IMG/VR virus record: IMGVR_UViG_3300005323_000059
Location: 1-46,696 of that record
Length of the DNA stretch: 46,696 nucleotides
DNA from: a virus
Taxonomy: Duplodnaviria; Caudoviricetes
Reading direction: 5' to 3' (one strand)
Shown here: one piece after another, positions 17,868 to 26,597 of the stretch
How the letters are laid out: each line of letters opens with the position of its first letter
Numbering within the stretch: the stretch's first letter is position 1
Notes under the pieces: model-generated
What the model was told of the DNA's origin: nothing
What the model saw: the letters and a program-made list of their open reading frames with translations, nothing else
The model's database searches: none
Made by a program: the position numbers and the translations under genes

Positions 17868-17937
17868 TGGGGAAGGGGCGAATCGAACGCCCGTCTTGGC
17901 CGCCGCCTAACGCGCTACCTACGGCGTAGCTTCCCCA
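17868..17937 (-). ncRNA. 70-nt tRNA-like element resembling tmRNA 3' end
   Basis: TGGGGAAG/CTTCCCCA stem, GAC-GGGCG-TTCGATT-CGCCC T-arm; no proper anticodon arm. Confidence 0.5.
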
Positions 17938-18218
17938 TGTTATTAAGGTTCTGCCAATCTCTACTGTTGCGCTTGATCGCCGTGGAGCTTCACCACGATG
18001 CAGTACAGTCTAATTGGCTTGCTCAAGTTTCCTGCCCACAATGCCCCGTCTTGGTCGAAGATAGCCTGTTCACAGGTTTACGAGGTTTAGGCACCAGCTG
18101 GAGACCTCTCGTTGGAAGTCGTCTTTCCGTAGAGGGCATATCGCAGGCTTGTCCAAGTCAGTTATAAAGGTTCTTTTGGTTGGGGCGGTTACCAGCAACC
18201 CCAACACACAAGGAGAAA

Positions 18219-18470
18219 TCAAAGTTTCGCTAAAATTGCGTAGGCTTTTCTCTCCCGCTCTTCTGATTCTCTTTCGCCAGCCGATCTCATTTTTTCCATC
18301 ATCTCTTCGCCTTTTTCCGGCTCATCTCCATCTCTGTGTGTCAAGGCCGCAAGCATAAGCCCACCAAAAAGCCCCATGCTTTTTGCGCTTTCCATCCAGC
18401 ACTTGATTGCCTCTTTGACAAGAGTGAGTTCTTCTTTGGTAAGCAAAATAGAAGTTAAATTTTCGTCCAT
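18219..18470 (-). CDS. Hypothetical protein
   Basis: 83 aa, SD AGGAGG. Confidence 0.6.
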   Translation of the reverse strand: MDENLTSILLTKEELTLVKEAIKCWMESAKSMGLFGGLMLAALTHRDGDEPEKGEEMMEKMRSAGERESEERERKAYAILAKL

Positions 18471-18494
18471 TCATTCCTCCTTTCTACAAAAGTG

Positions 18495-19418
18495 CTATCC
18501 GTTATTCACGTCTCCGTTTTCGTGGATTTCCCCGGACAGATGTTCAATGACCGCCTTGAATTCTGCTTTGGCGATCTTCGCGTTTTTCATCCAGTCCAAT
18601 CCGGCCATGATCTGACCGGCTGTCATGCTCATGTGAGAGGGGTCGTCAAAGACGTACTGACAAAAGGCATGCCGCAGTTCATCGCTATTCTCGGCAAATC
18701 CTTTCACCATCAGCAGGAAGTTCTTGCGCTGATCCTCCGTAACCGCTGTCCTGGTCGCATCATATTTCTCGGCCTTGCTTGCCATTAGCTCTTTCAGCTT
18801 TTCCGGGGAGAGAAGATCGCGGTCTTTGTGGGGGATTGGCTCCAGGATTTCGGTTGACTTTGGATCGGTTTGTTTCCCGGGTTCCCTATATTGTCCCTCG
18901 GTTAGCTCATTATCAAATGGTTTGTCGTCTGGATTCATTTCTTCTGCTGGCGTTGGTGCATATCCGGCCAGTTGCATGATCCAAGAATAGGCTAAGCGAT
19001 ATGCCTTTCCGGTTGCCCTGGTAAGGGCGAACGAATAGCGGGCATATTCATCGCGCTTGCCCCACGTAATATTTCCCTTGCTGTCTTTTTCATCCATGCC
19101 AACCATTGCGGAAGCACGCCCAATAATTGCGCCATCCCCTCGGACAAGTTCAACGGTTCCAACATAGCCGCCATCATCAAGGCGATGACACTCAACCTCG
19201 CGTGGAGTTACCCCTAACAATGCACCCATCGTTGTCCAGCCCTCAACATGCACATATTTACGCCCGCGAATGATCGTATATAACCTTTTCTTTTCTACCA
19301 CCTGGGATACTGCCGTTGCAATCTCGCTTGCTTTATTAACCACGTCCTGCGGGCTTGTGGTTTGGATTACCCCAAGTTGGACTGCCTCGCTAATTACAAC
19401 TGCATTTTCATCACTCAT
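18495..19418 (-). CDS. Putative single-strand annealing / recombination protein
   Basis: IRGRKYVHVEGW...ALTRATGKAYR...TPAEEM N-domain, early-region position; start MSDEN after GAGGAGG. Confidence 0.45.
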   Translation of the reverse strand: MSDENAVVISEAVQLGVIQTTSPQDVVNKASEIATAVSQVVEKKRLYTIIRGRKYVHVEGWTTMGALLGVTPREVECHRLDDGGYVGTVELVRGDGAIIGRASAMVGMDEKDSKGNITWGKRDEYARYSFALTRATGKAYRLAYSWIMQLAGYAPTPAEEMNPDDKPFDNELTEGQYREPGKQTDPKSTEILEPIPHKDRDLLSPEKLKELMASKAEKYDATRTAVTEDQRKNFLLMVKGFAENSDELRHAFCQYVFDDPSHMSMTAGQIMAGLDWMKNAKIAKAEFKAVIEHLSGEIHENGDVNNG

Positions 19419-19517
19419 TTCTTCCTCCTCAATCCTCATGATTTGTAATTGCGATCCACATCAGACCGCAAGCGATACCCGCCGAGAAAAATATTATGCC
19501 TAAAATTTGCAGTCCGT

Positions 19518-19715
19518 TCATTTTATCCTCGTAGACTTCAAATCAAACAGTTTCGACTTCGCCACGTACCCGCTCCGGCTGGTTGCATATCCCCATTGAA
19601 AGGGAAAAATAGCCTGGGCGCACATAACCCGCTTTAAATGCCGGCTCTGATGCTCGACCACATACACAATGACGGGCTTGGTACACAAGTCGGGTACACA
19701 CTTGGCATAAATCAT
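19518..19715 (-). CDS. Hypothetical protein
   Basis: Start MIYAK coupled (ATGA). Confidence 0.45.
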   Translation of the reverse strand: MIYAKCVPDLCTKPVIVYVVEHQSRHLKRVMCAQAIFPFQWGYATSRSGYVAKSKLFDLKSTRIK

Positions 19716-19924
19716 TCGTCCTCGCAATGGTCACAATATTCACAGTGCCAGTAATAAGAGTGTTCGGTTTGGTCATATTCGCCGTTGATGAAGTTCTCTG
19801 AATATCCGCCATCCTCTTTGACCATCTCGTGGTCGCATAGGGGACAGAGAACACGCTTGATGCCGTTCTGATCACCGGCGCAAAGGATTTGTTTTTCCAT
19901 CGCATCACTCGCAATATCCATCAA
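19712..19924 (-). CDS. Zinc-ribbon protein
   Basis: CPLC...CEYC. Confidence 0.55.
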   Translation of the reverse strand: MMDIASDAMEKQILCAGDQNGIKRVLCPLCDHEMVKEDGGYSENFINGEYDQTEHSYYWHCEYCDHCEDE

Positions 19925-20375
19925 TGCACTTAAGAGAGGCGATCATTTCTGCCCGTGCCGCAGCGCAGACTTTATCGTACTCTGCCCATGCCGCAGCGCG
20001 GACTTTCTCTGCCCATGCCGCAGCGCGGACTTTATCGTACTCTGCCCATGCCGCAGCGCGGACTTTATCGTACTCTGCCCATGCCGCAGCGCGGACTTTA
20101 TCGTACTCTGCCCAGATAGGTTTTACTTCGGCCAGTTTCTCAAGGCAGATTTTCTTTGCAGATTCATCTACCCATGCCGGTTTGCAGACCGTGTCCCACT
20201 CAAACTTACTCTTCTTCCATCCCGGGATTTGAAAAGGAACCAGATCAGATTCGTCTATTCCTTTCGGCAATCTGCCGGCCGTCTCATGATGACTGCAATC
20301 GCCACCATTGTCCGGTTCGCAAAAATAAACCTTTCCGCTCTTATGATAAAAACCGCCAAATCCTTTACACATCAT
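19905..20375 (-). CDS. Protein with tandem 11-aa (AEYDKVRAAAW) repeats
   Basis: About five 33-bp tandem repeats at 19948-20114, one with an in-frame 6-bp deletion. Confidence 0.7.
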   Translation of the reverse strand: MMCKGFGGFYHKSGKVYFCEPDNGGDCSHHETAGRLPKGIDESDLVPFQIPGWKKSKFEWDTVCKPAWVDESAKKICLEKLAEVKPIWAEYDKVRAAAWAEYDKVRAAAWAEYDKVRAAAWAEKVRAAAWAEYDKVCAAARAEMIASLKCIDGYCE

Positions 20376-20572
20376 TCCTCCTTGTTGTTATTCTCGGCTT
20401 CCTGCAACGCGTCATAAAATACTTCTTTGACCCCGACCTTTGGGATGCGTTCCATCAGGTGATTGTTGCGGATAAGCCCCCGGATGTACGCACTATAATT
20501 TCCTTCCGGCGCATCCTCACTAAGCATATCAAGCTCTTCTTCTCCCAACGATATGGATGTTCTTATTTTCAT
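20372..20572 (-). CDS. Ribbon-helix-helix (CopG/Arc-like) regulator
   Basis: RTSISL...LDML...NYSAYIRGLI; first gene after main early promoter. Confidence 0.65.
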   Translation of the reverse strand: MKIRTSISLGEEELDMLSEDAPEGNYSAYIRGLIRNNHLMERIPKVGVKEVFYDALQEAENNNKEE

Positions 20573-20590
20573 ATTGCCTCCACCAATCTA

Positions 20591-20624
20591 TGATAATATT
20601 ATCACAACGTAATACCAATGTCAA
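20591..20624 (-). promoter_or_regulatory. Early promoter with palindromic operator
   Basis: TTGACA-N17-TAATAT; perfect palindrome TGATAATATTATCA (20591-20604) over the -10. Confidence 0.75.
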
Positions 20625-20640
20625 GCGTTTTAGGAAATTG

Positions 20641-21009
20641 GTTTTGGGGAGTTTATATTGTTTCACGTGATACATCTGTGGGGTTGGTATACAAACCGGT
20701 ATACTTCGTTGACGTTGAGAAAATGACGGCAACAAAAACACCGCCCATAGATATAGGATGCTCGCAAGCATCTCACGGCGCGCGGCCGATTTTAGTCTAT
20801 GGGTCGGTCTCTGTCCGCCCCAGTCTGTTACGACTAGTGAGCCATGCTGGCCCGAATGATTGGCGGAGTTTATCCGCTTACTGATACGGAAACGTCATTT
20901 CAACGTCAGTCTATCCGTTAGGGCGTTTGCATCCCCTTTGGCTTTCCAGGTCGCTCGGTTGATAATGCGGACGCCGAATCTCTCGGCCAACGGTCACCTT
21001 CTCCAAAAC
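20641..21009 (+). ncRNA. Candidate roughly 370-nt structured RNA
   Basis: Nested long-range helices; G-U pairs favour plus strand; no credible ORF. Confidence 0.35.
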
Positions 21010-21042
21010 GTCTTAAGAACGAACCGCCCTCGATGAAGCCAA

Positions 21043-21114
21043 AGCTACAGAGTGGGATCGAACCACTAACAAACGCCTTACGAGGACATTGCTCTGCCAT
21101 TGAGCTACTGTAGC
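21043..21114 (-). tRNA. tRNA-Thr(CGT), CCA not encoded
   Basis: GCTACAG/CTGTAGC acceptor, D-arm GCTC/GAGC, anticodon loop CT-CGT-AA, T-arm AGTGG-TTCGATC-CCACT. Confidence 0.9.
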
Positions 21115-21212
21115 TAGTGACCCGCTGTTAGTCATGGCCGCGGGTCGCCTCGCCTGTCAAGACCCACCTCGGTGCGCTTGCAAGCATAGGCGTGGTGGGT
21201 ACTGTTACTCAT

Positions 21213-21226
21213 ATTTTACCACAAAT
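21213..21226 (-). promoter_or_regulatory. Extended -10 element upstream of tRNA
   Basis: ATTTGTGGTAAAAT, near-identical to ATTTGTGGTATACT at 36610-36623. Confidence 0.45.
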
Positions 21227-21319
21227 GATACACAAGACTGGTAGTTTATCAAAAGCGAGAGATAAACGCCTCTCCATCAAAGCTAAAGCGCTTTAGCAGG
21301 GCGATTTATTGAGAATAGC

Positions 21320-21346
21320 AAAAATGCCCCTATTGCAGGGGCATTT
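21320..21346 (-). terminator. Intrinsic terminator at end of late operon
   Basis: AAATGCCCCT-GCAAT-AGGGGCATTT followed by TT. Confidence 0.75.
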
Positions 21347-21369
21347 CTAATTCCGTCTGTGTGACGGGT

Positions 21370-22008
21370 TTATTCCTCGTCCAGCGGTTCCAATATTACC
21401 GTTCCGGTAATTTCGAGCGGGCTCCCCATCAGTTGCCCGGACAGGTTGAATGTGTACTTCCCACTTGTCAGCGAAACAAGAGTAGTGCTATCCGTAGTAT
21501 CATCTGATGCGTCGGTGGAAGTGTCATCGGTCGATCCACTTGACGGTTCGGTATATTGATACGCATCCACTTCTTCCTTGCTGACCCTGCGGAAGCGATA
21601 TCCCAGCCCGTCTGCGGTGTAATTGGTGTAATACAACCAGTCCTTGTGATCGCCGATCGGATTGCAGACGATACCGCCAGAACCATAATCAAACCATAAA
21701 TTAGACGGCAACTTATCCCCGGTAAAACCGGATTTATAAAGTAGCAGGTAGCTTTTGGGCGAAAATGCTTTTTGCCACGTTTCCGGCAGATTGTATACTT
21801 GCGCGTCTGTTAGAAGCAGGGTCGGTTTCCAGTTTTGGTTTGATGGTTGCGTTTCCACAATGCCATCCGCGGCGGTTTCGATTGCTGTGTTGAACACGCT
21901 TTCGTTTCCTGCTGGTCGCTTGACAGGGCACACGTCAAAATACAAACCGCTTTCGTAGTCGTCAAAAACAAAGCGGTCTTTCAAAAAGTGAATTTTCTTT
22001 AGTGTCAT
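21370..22008 (-). CDS. Hypothetical protein with D/S/T-rich linker
   Basis: 212 aa; SSGSTDDTSTDASDDTTDSTT segment. Confidence 0.65.
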   Translation of the reverse strand: MTLKKIHFLKDRFVFDDYESGLYFDVCPVKRPAGNESVFNTAIETAADGIVETQPSNQNWKPTLLLTDAQVYNLPETWQKAFSPKSYLLLYKSGFTGDKLPSNLWFDYGSGGIVCNPIGDHKDWLYYTNYTADGLGYRFRRVSKEEVDAYQYTEPSSGSTDDTSTDASDDTTDSTTLVSLTSGKYTFNLSGQLMGSPLEITGTVILEPLDEE

Positions 22009-22242
22009 TTATTGCTCCTTTTTCCCGTAAACATTTATCCAGTTTTGCCCGGACTTGATTTTTCTCATGGCAAGTTTTCCGTCCCTGACTTTCTTGTTCA
22101 GAAAACATCGCGCTCCGTTTGTTGAATACCCCGTCCGTTCAATGAACATCTCGGTAGTGAATTCGTCCGGGCGTATGGGTTCGCTTTTTGTTTCGTTTGC
22201 CAGTTCTTCCAATAAACTGTATTCCTCTTGTGTTACTTTCAT
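22009..22242 (-). CDS. Small winged-helix-like protein
   Basis: FTTEMFIERTGYSTNGARCFLNKKVRDGKL. Confidence 0.55.
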   Translation of the reverse strand: MKVTQEEYSLLEELANETKSEPIRPDEFTTEMFIERTGYSTNGARCFLNKKVRDGKLAMRKIKSGQNWINVYGKKEQ

Positions 22243-22889
22243 GCTTCCTCCATATTTATATTTAGAATGATATTTGTAAAAAATAGTATTTTAATTGCCG
22301 CCATTCTCCCGAAATATTTTTTTCTTCCCTCAATTATTTTTCTTTTGTGTTCCTCCGAGTGCGGGCGACCTTTTCCGAGAGCAATTTTGTTTCCAAGCAT
22401 TCTCAATCTCGCCTTTTCTCTTGTTTCTTTAGTTGGTACATAGCCGAGAGTGTGCTTATTTCCCAGCATTCGCAAAGAATTATTTCTCTTCCATTCCTCA
22501 GTTCTTTTATGTCCAAGAAATGGCTTTCTTCCTGCACAAGCCAACCTTAATTTCTCCCTCGTTTTTGGGCTTGGATGCAGTCCTTTTTGAGATGCGCGCG
22601 CACATGTTGCGATATTGTATTCTGGACTTAACGAATCAATCGCTCTTTGTTCAAAATAAATCAACATGGGCACATCTGTTAAAAACAATATATTAAATTC
22701 AAAGTTGCATTCACCGTGTTTATTCCACGCCCCTTGAAGATATGTTGAGTGGTGTTTATTGTTTTTAAGAAGCCCGATATGCTTTTTAATCCTATTGCGG
22801 ACATTACAAGAACTGCCAATATATCTGTGTTCATTAAGCTTGTTTTTAATCTCGTATATTCCGGGAGCTTTTCCAATATCAAAATTCAA
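22239..22889 (-). mobile_element. Free-standing GIY-YIG homing endonuclease with NUMOD3-like repeats
   Basis: GIYEIKN...YIGSS...R...H; HPSPKTREKL, HSEEHKRKI repeats; visibly AT-rich. Confidence 0.88.
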
Positions 22890-23772
22890 CTAATTCCTCC
22901 TGGCGCACTTCTATTTTGTCAACATAATCATTAGATTTGCCGTCTTTTTCAACAACAATCCAAACAACTCCAATGTCGGCCTGTTTTGGATCGTAGTTTA
23001 TTTTTTTGTAACAATAGCCGGTTCGCGCCTGAAATCCTGGAAGCATTATTCCAGTAATAATTCCGCGCCTTCCCCCATATTCAGCACGAATATATTGGTG
23101 ATTATGTCCTCTTATCCAATAGCGCGGCAATGGCAAATTGTTTTCTAGGCACGACCAGTAGATTGATTTGATTTTGTTGTATAGACTATTCTCGGTCGTC
23201 CATGCTCTTTGCCCGACCGACCCGCCGTGATGGGAAACGTCAAACACTACCCCGTTGATCTCGCGGTAAAGCCTGTTCCACGTGAAACGCCCGTTGATGT
23301 GTTCGCCCTCTTCGTCAAAAACTTTTTGCGTCCATTGAGGGACAACGTGGTCAAGGTCTTTGGCGACACGTTCCTCGGAGGACGACCCATTTCCGGCGTG
23401 TTCTTCCGTTCCGCTGATTTGATAGTATTTGTCATTCGCCCCCATCTTGACAATTCGAAAGGCTTTATCCATACAAATAGATGATATGGTTTCGTGGTCA
23501 TCTACTCGCGGGGAAACAATCTGCGTAGATTCGTGGTGTATGCCCTCCACCAAATCCCCGCAATGCACGACTATCAGGTCGGACTTTTTGCGTTCTTCCG
23601 CAATCAGGTTCCAACCGTATTCCCATTGTTTCCAGATTAGTTTTTGTATGGGGGTCGGGTCATAGAAGCCGCCGTCTTTGAGTGCAAATTGTTTGGGCGG
23701 CATTAAACCCAATGATGAGCCAGAATGGCTATCCGATGGGAAAGCAAGCACAATTCGTCTATCCAAATTCAC
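22879..23772 (-). CDS. Calcineurin-like metallophosphoesterase
   Basis: SDSH, GDLVEG, GTEEH, HHG, GHNH metal-binding motifs. Confidence 0.8.
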   Translation of the reverse strand: MNLDRRIVLAFPSDSHSGSSLGLMPPKQFALKDGGFYDPTPIQKLIWKQWEYGWNLIAEERKKSDLIVVHCGDLVEGIHHESTQIVSPRVDDHETISSICMDKAFRIVKMGANDKYYQISGTEEHAGNGSSSEERVAKDLDHVVPQWTQKVFDEEGEHINGRFTWNRLYREINGVVFDVSHHGGSVGQRAWTTENSLYNKIKSIYWSCLENNLPLPRYWIRGHNHQYIRAEYGGRRGIITGIMLPGFQARTGYCYKKINYDPKQADIGVVWIVVEKDGKSNDYVDKIEVRQEELVEF

Positions 23773-23793
23773 CTCCTGCTTTTATTTGCACTT

Positions 23794-23822
23794 ATACTAT
23801 CATTTTTGATAACTTAATGCAA
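23794..23822 (-). promoter_or_regulatory. Sigma70-type promoter
   Basis: TTGCAT-N17-TAGTAT with TG extension, then SD GGAGGTG. Confidence 0.5.
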
Positions 23823-23827
23823 TGCAA

Positions 23828-24097
23828 TTATCCCTTGACAAATACCAATCCCAGGACTGCCAGGATAACTGCTCCGACTATCAAGCGCACTAACCACTTT
23901 AGTGTGTCCTCGATACTGGTCAACCGTTTATCGATAGTGTTGAATTTTTCTTGCAGGCTTTGCACGTCATCACATAATCCGCCCTTGCCCTTATCACCAA
24001 AAACAGCATACCAGACATCGTGTAATTTTTGGTCAATTTTTAGTTCGTGTCTTTGCAGATGATCTTTTAGTGTGATTCGTGGTTCAATAGCTGCCAT
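23828..24097 (-). CDS. XhlA-like membrane protein (possible holin or lysis accessory)
   Basis: Coiled coil then C-terminal TM KWLVRLIVGAVILAVLGLVF. Confidence 0.6.
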   Translation of the reverse strand: MAAIEPRITLKDHLQRHELKIDQKLHDVWYAVFGDKGKGGLCDDVQSLQEKFNTIDKRLTSIEDTLKWLVRLIVGAVILAVLGLVFVKG

Positions 24098-25606
24098 TTA
24101 ATCTCCGGTTCTTTTAAGATTTATTTTTGTCATGAAGATCGAGTAATCAGATGAGCTGGCGTGCTTGCCGTTCACCCGCAGTTCAAGCGTGTGAATCCCG
24201 TTATAGGCGATATCCAGGCTTGCGGATGTTAGCACCTTATTATTGACCGAGCCGGATGTGTAGGTATCAATGGATGATGCGCTGACCAGAACGTCATCAA
24301 TGTAGATGTCGAATTTTCCTCTGGAAGTCCCGGATGTTCCCAAAAAAGTCAGGGTATACGTGCCGGCTTTGGCAAGCCAGTTATACCAGATGTACTTATC
24401 CCCATCATTGGCGTTCGCGTTGGAAATGCCCGTGTACTGATTAAAATACTGTCCGGTATCAACCGAGTAGTAGGTGGTGACGGCAGCACTTGCCGAGTTC
24501 AGCGTGGTCACGTCATAGCCCCACAGGTTTACCTCGGTGGGATAAAGGCCGTTTGAACACTCGACCCCGTCATCGCCGAGCCAGAGTTTTTGATTGACGG
24601 TTACTTCTTTTGCTGAAATTGAATCAAAAAACACCGCGCCGGTTAATATACTTTTTTGCAGGGTAATTAATGTCTCGAAACTTAGCGCGCCAGTTGGCGC
24701 AGATATTGTTGTTTCATAATCATTTGTTATGACGCCGGCGGCAACAGTATTTATTTGCCCCAATATATCGGTTTGCAGAAGCGCCCCCCCGGATGCAGCG
24801 TCATACCATTTGATCTCTATTTTTGCCAATAAAGTTCCTGATAAAACGTTGTCTCTTTTTATGGAGCCCGTAAAAATGATTGATTTATCGGCCACTCCAG
24901 TCACTCTGTCGCCCGTTAACAAAAGCGATTGATTGACGTCGGACGCGTCCATGCCGAGAGAGTATGCGCCAGCGATGACATAACTCGGGTCGTCTTCTAT
25001 GATCCACGCCCCATTTGTTTCTGTAGTCTTCGTCCAGCCCGTAAAATCACCGGTCTCAAAATCACCGTTTGTTATTAATTCTGCGCCCGCATCATTTTCG
25101 TATGACATTTGCCAAGCCGGAATAACGCCACCGCCCTCTTTTAGGGCAAAGCCAAGTTTTCCGGTTCTCGTGTAAATATCATTGGTGGCCGTCTGCTTGA
25201 CCAGCCATTTCAGCAAATCCGTGCCTGTTATCCCATCGATGTCAATCCAGGCATTACCCCCGCAGAACATGAATTTGCCGGTACTCGAATTCCCCGCCCA
25301 CATCAGCACCCCGTCTAACATGCCGCCGATGTGATAGGTCTCGCCGTTGATCGTGAAGCCATTGGCGGACATGAAGCAGCCGGTGTAATTTGCTCCATCG
25401 GGGTCGCCGTCTCCTTGCGTAGCCAAAAAGTCGCCCATGCGAATCTGTCCCAAATCCGTAAATATTTCATCACCGGTATCGGCTTCTACCGATGATGTTT
25501 GCAGGTTGTTAACTTTTGATTCCAGCGCCTCGATTCTAGACAAAATGTCATTCGGGGTCTTTAATCTATCCAAGTCATCATTAGGGGTTGTCACTATATT
25601 CCTCAC
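24098..25606 (-). CDS. Tail fibre / receptor-binding protein with carbohydrate-binding modules
   Basis: NGDFETGDFTGW CBM-like start; C-terminal GTYTLTF...HTLELRVNGK jelly-roll pattern; last tail gene. Confidence 0.65.
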   Translation of the reverse strand: MRNIVTTPNDDLDRLKTPNDILSRIEALESKVNNLQTSSVEADTGDEIFTDLGQIRMGDFLATQGDGDPDGANYTGCFMSANGFTINGETYHIGGMLDGVLMWAGNSSTGKFMFCGGNAWIDIDGITGTDLLKWLVKQTATNDIYTRTGKLGFALKEGGGVIPAWQMSYENDAGAELITNGDFETGDFTGWTKTTETNGAWIIEDDPSYVIAGAYSLGMDASDVNQSLLLTGDRVTGVADKSIIFTGSIKRDNVLSGTLLAKIEIKWYDAASGGALLQTDILGQINTVAAGVITNDYETTISAPTGALSFETLITLQKSILTGAVFFDSISAKEVTVNQKLWLGDDGVECSNGLYPTEVNLWGYDVTTLNSASAAVTTYYSVDTGQYFNQYTGISNANANDGDKYIWYNWLAKAGTYTLTFLGTSGTSRGKFDIYIDDVLVSASSIDTYTSGSVNNKVLTSASLDIAYNGIHTLELRVNGKHASSSDYSIFMTKINLKRTGD

Positions 25607-26597
25607 AAATCAGGCGCACTACGCCTTTATTCTCTAAAAAGGTCATGCCGGTGATACGAACATCGGCGGTTGTTCCCAGCCCGTCCCCGTTGAAACCGCA
25701 CACGGAAAGGTTGACATGCAGCACATTCCCACAATCCAGATATTTAAATGCGTTGGTATCTGAATCATCAACGACACTAATATCGAATGCTTTTTCGGGT
25801 TGTTTGGCTTTCTTTAATTGCTTTTTGGTGGCTTCCTCTACAGTAGCCACATCTTTGCTATCGACTTGTAGCGCCCCCTCGCGGTAGCTGTATTTGCTCC
25901 CGGATTCTGCGTCATTGTCAAAATATTTGACGCGCGAACCCCACGAAGACCCTTTCCCAATTCCGGTATAGTTGTTATAGATAAACCCATCTTCCGTGAG
26001 CGTGTCTTCGCCCAGCTCAATGTTGATTCCCTCTGATAGCGTGAAATCTAAAGGTCTGATAAATTTTTCGTAAAGGCTGGCTTCAAAATGGATTCTGTTG
26101 CTTTCCACCACCGGAACGATGCGCCACTCATAAGTCAGCTTGTCCCGCAGATACTCGTAAATCTTCTCGTAACACAAGGCATAGCTGACTACCGCGCCGG
26201 TTGCATCAATCGGGGCGGCTTTAAACAACCTGGTAGCGTCTACTTTATTTGCCAGGTCAATTGCATGGGCGTACAAGCCCCCCTCTGTCAGGGTCAGGTT
26301 GTCATAGCCCATCGTGCGAAAATTCAGGATGTATTCAGGTGTGTAAGCCGAGATAGTTACTTCGTTATTTCCCCACTTGCGCGGAGTATCGATCATGCCG
26401 CCCCATGCCGGTAGTTTGGGGTGTTCGATCATCACGAAGTTCCCGAATTGCAGGTACTGTGCTTTACATATAGCGCTTATCACGGGTATGGTGAATGCAC
26501 ACCGCCCGAATTTACTTATCAACCAGGAGCGGTCTGCATCTGCTATTGCTTCGGTAAGTCTGTAACCATCACGCGAGAAAATCTGAATCCGGCTCAT
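25581..26597 (-). CDS. Baseplate hub / Tal-like tail protein
   Basis: 338 aa after Dit; WGGMID pattern; synteny. Confidence 0.6.
   Translation of the reverse strand: MSRIQIFSRDGYRLTEAIADADRSWLISKFGRCAFTIPVISAICKAQYLQFGNFVMIEHPKLPAWGGMIDTPRKWGNNEVTISAYTPEYILNFRTMGYDNLTLTEGGLYAHAIDLANKVDATRLFKAAPIDATGAVVSYALCYEKIYEYLRDKLTYEWRIVPVVESNRIHFEASLYEKFIRPLDFTLSEGINIELGEDTLTEDGFIYNNYTGIGKGSSWGSRVKYFDNDAESGSKYSYREGALQVDSKDVATVEEATKKQLKKAKQPEKAFDISVVDDSDTNAFKYLDCGNVLHVNLSVCGFNGDGLGTTADVRITGMTFLENKGVVRLICEEYSDNP

Noticed and set aside
17868-17937. attP site mimicking ssrA, or a full tmRNA
   Set aside because: No integrase recognised; the element has its own 5' acceptor strand and no tag reading frame.
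17426-18358. Short ORFs over the ncRNA cluster (17426-17632, 17474-17686, 17937-18167, 18149-18358)
   Set aside because: No SD or protein-like features; the sequence is better explained by RNA structure.
19948-20114. CRISPR array or DGR repeat
   Set aside because: Repeats are head-to-tail without spacers and in frame in a CDS; no cas or reverse transcriptase gene.
20641-21009. tmRNA or RNase P RNA
   Set aside because: Size fits and the ends loosely resemble tmRNA (GGGGAG...TTCTCCA), but there is no TTCRANY T-loop and no RNase P GGAAAGTCC core.
22239-22889. Group I intron carrying the GIY-YIG ORF
   Set aside because: The ORF overlaps both flanking genes, leaving no room for an intron core, and the phosphoesterase motifs are complete upstream.
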